From Actinomycetota bacterium (GTDB taxonomy: Bacteria; Actinomycetota; Geothermincolia; Geothermincolales; RBG-13-55-18), in the NCBI GenBank assembly GCA_003598015.1, contig QZKE01000006.1, forward strand, positions 3,188 through 67,187: a stretch of 64,000 bases of DNA. The letters are read 5' to 3'. Shown piece by piece: positions 8,158-18,300 of this stretch. The stretch's first letter is position 1. The number at the start of each line of letters is the position of its first letter. The notes under the pieces are model-generated. The model saw nothing but the letters and a program-made list of their open reading frames with translations, was not told the DNA's origin and did not search any database. A program made the position numbers and the translations under genes.

Positions 8158-9258
8158 TTACTGATTACTGCTGATCTTAGTACTTATAGCCGCATAGCCT
8201 TCAGAGAAAGGATTTGCAAAGCAATCTACTTCTATCATAATATCTCCAGATTTATCAATGAATCCCAACCTGTTGTCAACATGGGTCTCAGCCCGGCTAT
8301 CATGGAAACCTAAAGCGACATCAAATCGAGGTTCGATAACCAGTTCCCCGTCTTTGTTGATATAACCGTACTTGCCGTTAAGTAAGACTGGAGCCAAGCC
8401 TTCTTGAAATGAGGACGCACTCTCATATTGGGGCTCTATCACTTCAATCCCATCCTTATTGATATAGCCCCACATATCGTTGATCTTGATCGCGGCCAGC
8501 CCATCTTGAAAATCGTAGGCGAAATCAAAGCGAGGTTCAATTACAACAACCCCTGCATTATCGATAAACCCATAGTTGCCGTTTATCAATATACATTTTA
8601 ATCCCTCACTGAAACCCGTACTTAACTGACCCTCAAGCAGTTCTACAGTCGCTTCTGGTTGCAAGTCGAATACTATTTCACCAAGCCCATTGATCACGCT
8701 ATATCTATCATCCATCCACACAAATGCCAGACCCTCTGAAAAATCGAATGCCCATTTATAAATAGGTTCTATCACCATTCTTCCAGATACATCTATATAG
8801 CCACGCTTTTCAGCGATACTCACACAGGCGAGCCCATCATGGAAAGATCTTGCATAGTCGAATTGCGGAGAAATGATCATATCGCCTGATCCGTCTATGT
8901 ATCCCCATTTATCATCGACTTTAACGGCAGCCAGCCCCTCATGAAAATCCCCGGCTTCCCTATATTTGGGCTCTATAATCATATTTCCATTTTTGTTTAT
9001 AAATCCCCATAGACCACCAAAATCGACCCTCGCATACCCTTCATGGAAATTTGCTGCTTGTTTAAATTGAGGCTCGATTACAATCACGCCGTTTACGTCC
9101 ATGTACCCCCAAACTTCATTGTTGTTAACCATTTTCTGCTCTCTGCCTTCATCCGGTATATCGCTGCCACAAGACGACGATAATAGTGCAAACAACATCG
9201 TTGCCGTTGCTGTCAAAATAATGTAATACCTACTGTATCTTCCTCTCATGAAAATCAC
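8158..9258 (-). CDS. WG-repeat (KWG-type beta-repeat) secreted/lipoprotein, candidate immunity protein for the Tlde1-like tip
   Basis: 366 aa. N-terminal hydrophobic signal ending LLSSSCGS. About nine repeats of WGYIDxxGxxVIEPxFxxAxxFxEGLAxV. Low GC. Lies 82 nt downstream of the main rhs stop on the same strand. Confidence 0.85.
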   Translation of the reverse strand: MIFMRGRYSRYYIILTATATMLFALLSSSCGSDIPDEGREQKMVNNNEVWGYMDVNGVIVIEPQFKQAANFHEGYARVDFGGLWGFINKNGNMIIEPKYREAGDFHEGLAAVKVDDKWGYIDGSGDMIISPQFDYARSFHDGLACVSIAEKRGYIDVSGRMVIEPIYKWAFDFSEGLAFVWMDDRYSVINGLGEIVFDLQPEATVELLEGQLSTGFSEGLKCILINGNYGFIDNAGVVVIEPRFDFAYDFQDGLAAIKINDMWGYINKDGIEVIEPQYESASSFQEGLAPVLLNGKYGYINKDGELVIEPRFDVALGFHDSRAETHVDNRLGFIDKSGDIMIEVDCFANPFSEGYAAISTKISSNQ

Positions 9259-9340
9259 GTCCCTCCGCGACTCTCAACTCAAGCTTTCAAGTTAACAATG
9301 TTTTATCGATTCCAACTCTTATGCAAGATAATGGTACTTA

Positions 9341-12300
9341 TCACCAGGAATCACCAGGATGGCCCGGATTAGTATAACCGACACCTATATCTACGAATAG
9401 GTATGTGTTCGACCAATTATCTGGATTTTGATCATAGCCAAGCCCTAGCAAATCACTAAAGGCATCGATAGATCTATCGAGCTTGTTTCCTAACACCCCT
9501 ATACACCCAGAGGTGCCTGCAGCTCCAGCATCCTCATGTATTAGAAACACCCCTTCCTGTATGAAATTGTCGTTTATATCTCTACTACGTGATGTTTGAT
9601 TATATAGCCATTCCATGGTGGAGCCTTTCATACCTACATTGCCGGCAGGTCTCAGTCTTATTACCCAATCCCCAAAACCTGGAAGCCAAGATTCTGTTTC
9701 TGGATTCTGTCTCCTGGTTAGCCTCCATGCACCCCTTGGAATAGGTCCAATGTCCTCTTGGGTCATCTGACCACCTGGCTGACCCGAATAAGCATCAACA
9801 TGGAACAGGCGTACCTTTCTGCCTCCCCCAAGATACATATACAAGTCAAGATACTTACCATCAAACGTCATTTCGGTATGGCCCGGGCAGAAATAATGTT
9901 TTACATCTCTCCAGAATCTCGTTTTCTGGTCAATGGTCATATTGTTAAGAACATTTATATCTGTTCTCATTAGAAACTCATCAAAATTATCAGACTCTAT
10001 TGCCGCAACTACGACTGCACCTAGACTACCCTCTAACTCAACGTCACGGTCATTCTGAATATCTTCTATTATATCTCTCAAGTATTCCTCCGCTGGATCC
10101 GGCGGGTCTTCTCCGCTTGTATGTTTATCCTGCACCAGTCCATACTCCTTGGCTTTATTCACGACCTCTTCTGCCATGCAAAGCAACCGGTAGGCCTGAT
10201 AGAGATGTTGCAGCGTCTTCTCCAGGTGATCTCTCGTATTCATCAAGTACGAAGGAGGCTCCATGCCGGCGCGGATGTAGAGGTGTATTGCATCTTGTAT
10301 CTGTATCAAAGCCCCGGTGACAGCCTGAATCTGCTGCGCAAGATCCTCCTTTGGCCCCATCCCCGTGGGGTCGAAGGCGTTTATAGGGTCGTCCTTGCAG
10401 TAGAGGTAGGGGTGCAGGGAGAGGGGGTCGCCTGTCTCGCCCTTTAAGGGGTCGACCGAGATGAACCGGGTGAGCTCGGGTGAGTACCAGCGTGCGCCCA
10501 TCCACACCAGGCCGGAGAGGGGGTCCTCGTAGTCCTCCTGGTAGCCCAGGGATGAATCGACGCTCCCCGCCACGGTATTCCCGTACGGATCACATATCCT
10601 CCCTCCCGTGAGGCTCCCCTGGCCCGAGAGGGTGAAGGAGACGTCGGTGTGGGGGGAGAGGCCCAGGTAGGACAGGGTCCCCTGTTTGTCCTGGGCCAGG
10701 TGCGTGCCCCCGGGGTCCAGGGCGTAGGTGGCGAGGGCGCCCCCTGCCGCGTTCGTCTCTTGGATCTGGGAGAGCGAGGCGCCGTCGTAGCGGAAAGCCC
10801 GCTCCGTCTCTCCGCCCACCTTCCTCTCCGAAAGGCGTCCCAGGGCGTCGTAGGAGAGGGTTACCAGGGGGGCCTGCGCGCTCTCCTTATAGGAGACCAG
10901 CTTCCCGAAGCCGTCCCAGGTGAAGGTCTCCGTGCCCTTCTGTACGAGGTTGCCCACCTCGTCGTAGGTGTAGGCGCCCTCGGGGCCGGTGGTTATCTGG
11001 CCCGCGTCGTTGTAGGAGTAGGTCTTGGTCTGCCCTCCGGTGGTCTGCTGCTCCAGATTGCCGCAGAGGTCGTAGTCGTAGGTTATGTCGTTTGCGGTGC
11101 TGGGGGCGTCGAAGCCCGTGAGCCTGCCCATGCCGTCGTAGGCGTAGGAGTAGGCGCCGGAGAGGGCGGTCTGGGAGGGCACGTTCACGGTCATGCCCGT
11201 CCGCCTGCCCCGGTCGTCGTAGCTGTAGTCGTAGGAGGCCTGCAGGGTGTTGGATGAGTCGTAGGCGGTCTGGGTCTCCGTGAGGCCCTCGGCGTAGTAG
11301 GTGTAGTCTATATGTCCCCCCGAGGCTGGGAGGGAGGCCCGCTCCAGCAGGGAGTCGGGGCTCCACTCGAAGGTGAGGGTGCCCCCGCAGACGGAGTCGG
11401 AGGAGGCGGTGAGCCGGCCGGAGATGTCGTAGGAGTAGTTGGAGGAGGCTTGGGTCTGGCCGCCTGAAGTCAGGATGCGGGAGCGCAGCTCCCCGGAGTC
11501 GTAGTAGCCGTAGGTGGTGGAGTAATCCCCCGCCGCTCCCTCCGCGTCGCAGGAGACGGAGGAGAGGCGGGAGGCGCCATCGTATGAAAGGGAGATGGTG
11601 CGGCCTGCGTCCACCCCGTTCGCCCTATCGTATACCGCCCCGGTGAGGTTTCCGGCATGATCGTAGGCGTAGTTGATGACATCGACCTCCGAGGTCCCGT
11701 CCAGCGCCCTCTCGGCTGTGAGCTGGCCGCGGCCGTCGTAGTCGTAGTCGATGGTGCGGTCGGGTTCGGGCTCGGTATAGGTGTGGGTATCCGCCTCCCC
11801 GTATGCGGTGTAGGTGAAGGACTCGGCCTGGCCCAGGGGGTCGGTCTTGCTGGTGGCCCGGCCGCAGGCGTCGTAGGTGTAGGAAGTGGTCTTCTCCCGG
11901 GCATCCGTCTGGGAGAGGAGGCTGCCCGTAAGGTCCACGTCGTAGGAGGTTGTGGCCCCCTCGCCCCCCGCGGGCACCGTATACGGCCCTGGGCCCGCCC
12001 CCGTCCAGGCATCCGTCCACTGCTCCACCCGCCGCAGGCGGGAGAGGCCGTCGTAGGTGTAGCGGGTGCCGTCCGGGTCCGCGTCCCCCTCGAAGGTATG
12101 CGTCTTCCTCCCCAGGGCATCGTAGGTAAAGGAGGTGACCACGCTCGCGCCCCCGGAGTGGGGCAGGACCTGACGCCGCAGGAGGGAGAGGCTGTCGTAG
12201 GCGTAGGTGGTGGTGTTGCCCCCCGGGGTGGTGGTGCTGGTGAGGTTCCCCCCATGGTCGTAGGCGAAGGCGGTGGAGAGGAGCAGCTGCTGCCCCCCGT

Positions 12301-15300
12301 CCTCCGAGAGCACCCGCTTCTCTACGAGCCTGCCCAGGTCGTCGAAGCGCTGGAAGGCCTGGCGGAAGGTGTCCGCTCCGACGCCCGCCTCCTGGCGGGA
12401 GGACTCCCGGATGACGTTGCCGCCGGCGTCGTAGGCGCGCAGCACCAGGGACTCTCCTGGAATCTCGGCCATCTCAACCCGTCCCAGGTCGTCCAGGGTG
12501 CTTATAACGGTCCGGCCCTCCGGGTCGGTCGCGGTCACCTTGCGCTCGGGGTCGGAATATACGAAGGATATGGTGCGCTCGCCTGTGGTCTCGCCGCCCG
12601 CGTCGGGCAGGATCTTGGCCAGCGGGCGATTGGCGCCGTCGTAGGTGTAGGCGGTGCTGCGCAAGGCCGTGCCGTTCCCGGAGGCCTCGGCCACCAGGTT
12701 GCCCGAGCCGTCATAGGCATGCAGCTGGACGTAGCTCTGCCCGCTCCCCAGGTCCCAGCTCTCCCGGGTCTTCTTCCCCGCGGGGTCGTAGGAGTAGGTG
12801 ATCTGCTGGGAGGGGGAGGTGCCCCCGGGGTTGGTATTGTTCCTGGTCTCCCAGGAGAGGAGGCCGTCGCAGAAGTAGTCGTAGTCAGAGACCAGGGTGG
12901 TGCCGCCTATGCTCCCGTAGGTCCCCAGGGAGAAACCGCCCGAGGCTTCCCCCACCGCCGCCCATACGTGCTCAACCTTTCCGAGGCCGTTGTAGTCGTA
13001 GGTGCGGTGGGAGTAGACCGCGTCTTCGGTGCCCTCTCCGTCGCAGATCGTCTCGGTGGTCACGTTGCCCAACATGTCGTAGCCGCGGTGCGCGACCACA
13101 CAGGTGGGAGCTTCATCCGGATACGAGCATATCGCCGCCTCCTGCACCGTCTTGCCCTGAGCGTTGTAGGCAAAGGAGATTGTGGCCGCGGGTGATGCCG
13201 GTCCCGTCCTGGTCTCCGTGAGCCTGTTGCCCGCGGGATCGTATTCATAAGTGGTGGTGATATCGCCCATGCTCTCCCCGGTGGTGCTCGCCTGGGCGAG
13301 CACGCGGCTCGCGGCGTCGTAGGTGTAGTTCACCTGCGCCTCGCGCCAGGTGAGGGCGTTCAGGTTGGATAGGGAGGGGTCGGGCACGGGCCGCGTGGTC
13401 CTCTCGCAGATCACGTTGCCCCGCGTGTCGTAGCTCTTCACGGTGCGGTAGTACATCTCCCCGTAGAGGGCCGAGGTGAAGCGGCGCTCCTCGTAGGCGG
13501 GCCGGCCCGCCGCGTCGTAGCCGTATGTGACGCATCCCGTGGAGTTCGGGTCCACCCTCTTCTTCACCTGGCCGTCGGCGAAATACTCGTAGGAGGTCAC
13601 GCGGTCCTCCCCGTCCACCTGCCGGACCAGGCGCCCGGCGTCGTCGTAGAAGTATCGCGTTTCCCTGCCCGCGTAGTCGCTCTCGGAGAGCAGAAAGCCA
13701 TTGGTGTCGTATTCCTTTGTCGCGCTGGTGTAGAGGGGATATTGAACCCAGCCGCCCGCGGGCGGGTTTGAAGTGTCGCCGGACGTATATACCGTTCTGG
13801 TCCATTCGCGGTCGTCCTTGTAGTACGTGTAGCCGGTCATCAGCCAGACGGCCTGCGGGTCAGAAGATGTATCCCCCCTGCTCCTTATGGTATATGCCAG
13901 GTTGCCGTTCTTGTCGTAGCGGGTGATCTCGGTGGGATTGAGGGTAGCCCCTCCCACGTTGATGGTGTAGCTGGTGTTCTTCTTCGTAACCCCCCGGAAA
14001 CCGTCCGCGACGTCGTCGTCGTACGTATACTCGTATTTGACAAGGCCCGGCCCGAAGGGCATAGAGGCCCCCAGCTCCTCGCTCTCAATCCTCCCATCCC
14101 CGGTATAGTCGTAGAAGTTAATGCACACCTGCGCCCCGTCTCCACTGGGTTGCGCCGGGTTCTCGTTCCAGTCCGAGAAGAGGTCCTCGCGGGTCAGGTC
14201 GCCATAGGCATCGTATATGTATTGCATGGTTGGTTCCTGCCCGTCCTCTTCGGGCCCCGGCTCTCCGTTCACCCTGGGCATGACCTTCAGCGTGGGCAGG
14301 CCCGGATTATTAACGGGCTCCGACGTGTCGTAGAAGTATAGGGTTTCGCTGAGGTCGAAATCTTTCACTTTCACAAGGTTGTTGTTACCGTCGTAGTCAT
14401 AGTACTTTGTATTCCCTGCCCCGTCAGTCTCGGAGGTGAGGCGGTCGCGCTCGTCATAGGTGAACTCCCTCACTCCCCCGTCGGGGCTGATGATGCGCTT
14501 CACCAGTCCCTGCTCCGAGGTGAACTGGGTGATGCGGCCCGCGGGGTCCCGGACCGACTTGCCGTTGCCGTCGTCCCCGTAGGAGTAGATGGTGGACTCA
14601 CCGGCGTTGTTCACCTCCTGGATGAGGCGGTAGAGGGTGTCGTAGCGGTGGGTGGTGGTGTAGCCCCGGCAGTCGGTGACCATGGTCATATGGGAGGGGG
14701 TGGCGTAGGAGAACTGCGTGGCGTGGCCGTACGCGTCCTCCGTCTTGCTGACCATGCCCGCGTTCGCCTCCCCTTCGGCGTAATAGGAGATGGTCTTTGA
14801 GGTCTCGTGGATATCGAGATTTTCGGGTTTGGCGATGCTCTCCAGCCGGTCCTGGAGATTGTATTTGTATTCGGTGGTCGCCCCGTAGATGTCCTGCACG
14901 TGTTCCAGGTTAGCGCTGTTATATGTGTATCCCACGGATATGAGATAGGGATTCTCTTGCCCGTTAAACTGGTTGTTGTATTCGAGCTTGGTTATGTGTT
15001 CACCATCCCAGGTGATATCCAAGCATCTGAATGTCCCCTCACTACCCGGCGCGGTGATCTTGTCCAGCTTGTTGTCGTCTCCGTAATCGAGCGTCAGGAT
15101 GTTATCGCTTGCGCCGTAATCGTCGACGATACGGACCAACCGCTTCGTCTCAGCGGGATCACCATCAACGTGGTCGAACTCCCACAGGTTGCCCCCGGGG
15201 ACCTTGAGGGTGTAGGGGGTGCTGTAATCGGGGTTTCCGGGATCGCTGCCCATCCCTTCGAACCTGCCCGCAGTGAGGTCGTCGAAGACCGTCGGCGGGG

Positions 15301-18300
15301 GCTTGAAGGTATCGCCCTCCTTTGTGTATGTGTCCACCCGGCCGTCGCCGCGGTGCACCTTGAGCGCGGTCATCGCCGGCGGGCTGCCGTTATCGTACAC
15401 CTCCTCGATATACACGTTATAGCTGTAGTCCCAGCCGTTGCCCACGGCGCTCTCGGGATAGGTGCCCCCCGGCTTATAGGAGTTGTAGGTGCGCTTGAAC
15501 TCGATGTCGATGCCCCGCCCGGGCAGGCTGACGTCGGTGGCCTCCTCCGTATAGCTGCCCAGGGAGGTGTTGATGCCCTCGTAGAAGCCGCAGAAGGTGT
15601 CGAAGCCCAGGGCGTTTAGGTCGTCCACCTCGTTCTCGGGCTCGTAGCACATCGTGCCGCGGCCGACATAGTTGAAATAGACCTTGCCGCCGGCGATAAC
15701 CGCGCTGGGTACGGGGCTATCCGCCACCAATTCTCCGTCCGTATAGGGAGACTCCCAGCGCAGGGCGCCGGAGTAGGCGTCGAAGACCATGAGCTTGGTG
15801 GTTGGGTAGTCGAAGGTTCCGACGGTAGTGAAGCCCACGTAGAGAAGGCCTCCTGCAACTGCCGGAGCACCCAGATCCGGGCCCCCGTTAAGCTGATAGG
15901 TGGAGTAGTCCTTGCACCACATGGTGGAGGCGGTGGTGGCATCGAATGCCCAGAGTTTAAGGTAGGTCTGGCAGCCAACGTTGTGGTTGGATACACAGTA
16001 GAGTATGCCGTTAGCATAGGCGATGTCATCTTCGAGCGACGAATAGACGTTCTCGCTCTGATCTCCGCCATATATCAATTGTTCGTTTTGGATCTCTACT
16101 ATCCTGATGCGGGATTGACTTAATCCGTACCAATATTTCACGTAGATGATGCCGTTGTGAATGGTGGGCACGCCTCCATAGTTCCACTGGGGCCAGGTGG
16201 TATCGGGATCGAGAATTAGGTCGTCTTCTTCCGCACCGGTGTTGATGTCGACAGCGCGCAGGCGGCCGCCCTCGGTGAATACCGCCATTCCCTCTAAGAC
16301 CGCCGGCCTCGACGGCCCCCACGGCAATTCAAAGGCGCGGTTCCATCTCTGCACGCCAGGGTTCTCCAGGTCCACGCAGACGAGGTGCGTGGTGGTCGTG
16401 AGCAGGAGCCGGTCTCCGATCGCAACCGGGTTGTTCGTGAACTCCTCCCCCGCAGGGGCGTAGTCCGTCACGAAGTACGGGTCGCCCTCCAGGCTTAGAT
16501 TATCCGCATTCAGCACGTGCAGGCTGTGGTCGGTCACCACGTAGGCCTTCCCGTTCGCCACGCACATGCCCCGGATTCGGTAGTCGGCTGGATCCGTCTC
16601 TTCAAACACGGCTTTCCTATCCCCCGCCTGCTCCCCCGTGGTATATATCTTCAGTACGGTGAACTTTTCATCCCCGCTCTCCGCCACGTAGAGGAAGCCG
16701 CCGCTCACCACCGGGGTTTTGCGGTTCATTTTATTATTTGTGCTATGATCCTCCCATTCTTGCGCGAAGGGCCAGAACATCTCCCCGGGCTTGATCCCCG
16801 CATTATAGTGGGTGTTCTTGAGGTCGTAGCCCTCCATGGGCCACTCCGGCACGCCCGAATAGTAGTAGGGATATGCGCTCGAGGCTGCGGCGTTGCCGGC
16901 CTGATCGAACGCCTTGATGAGGAAATCGTAGTAGCCGAAGCCCCTGGCGGTGAGGTCTACCGTCGCCGTCACATCGTAGTCTACCCCGCTCAGCGGCTCC
17001 TCGTATACCTTCTCGAGAGGCGCCCCTCCGTCGGTTGCCCAGATCTCAACCCTCTCGAGCCCGGACGCGGGCGCGGGATCGGATAGGTGAAAACTGAACT
17101 TGATTATACCCGGCTCGCCTTCGATAGGATTCTCCAGTTCTGCCACACCGATGGTGGGGGGCGTGACCTCTAAGGTGATGGTGTCGGAGTATACGGGGGA
17201 GTACACCCCGCTTATATCGACGAACTGGCAGCGCACCTCCTTCAGGCCCTCGACGGTGGGGAAGAAGGCGGAGTCCAGGATCCAGTCGCAATGTAGCACC
17301 CCGGTGTAGGAGCCCCCGCCGGGCAGCAGCGGCTTGGCATTCTCGGGCACGTAGTCCGGGTTGGCCGGGTCGTAGTTCCAGATCTTCACGTACTCGGCGT
17401 CCTCGGCAAAGAGTTTTAAATTGGTGAAGCCGGTATTGGTGAAATCTCCCGCCACGTCCTTGCCCATTACCTCTATGCTTCCCGAGGGCGGGGCGTTGTC
17501 CACATGTATGATGCGGATGGCCGTGCGTTGATGGCCGGCCGCATCCGAGGCTTGCAGCGCCAGGACGTGCTCGCCGTCGTCCACAGTGGTAGTGTCCCAG
17601 GTGAAGATATCCTCGGGATAGGGGCCGGTGCCTTCTTCCTCGATTAGTAGGTTGAGGTTCTCTCCGTCCCAGTCGTAGAGTGAGCAGGATACGATGTTGC
17701 TATCGTAGGCCACCCCCGCTATGTGCACCTGCTCGTACACCCTCCCCTCCTCGGGAGAGTCGATACGGACGTCGGGGAAGGTGTTGTCGGGGTTTACATG
17801 CACCCTGGCTACGGAGGAGTTGCCGGCCGCATCCGAGACAGAGAGTTCCAGCCACAGCCCCGTCTCCGCCAGCTCCGCGGTGTCCAGGCTGCCGAGGTTT
17901 ACGCCCGGCGGCAGGGTGTCGGATACGATCTCCGTCCACAGGGCGTCCGGGTCCTCGGGGTCGTCCTGGGTGTACCTGAGGCGCCAGGAGGCGAAGTTGG
18001 CATCGGATGCGGTGCCCTGCACGAACAGCGTTCCGCATGCCGCCTCCTCCGGCGCGGGCGAGGTGATGGCCGCGGCAGGGGGCGTGTTGTCCACGTTCGC
18101 CTGCACCGTGGTCTCGCTCACCAGGCCGGCTTGGTCCCGTACCGCCAGCTTCAGGGTGTAGAGGCCGTCGGCCGCGGCGGTGGTGTCCCAGCTATAGAGG
18201 AGGCCGCCCGCGGCCGGGGTCGTCATCTCTGGTGAGAGGGGGATCTCAGCGGGGCCAGTCCCCTCGCCGTAGAAGAGCTGGTAGGCGGTGAAATGCTCGT

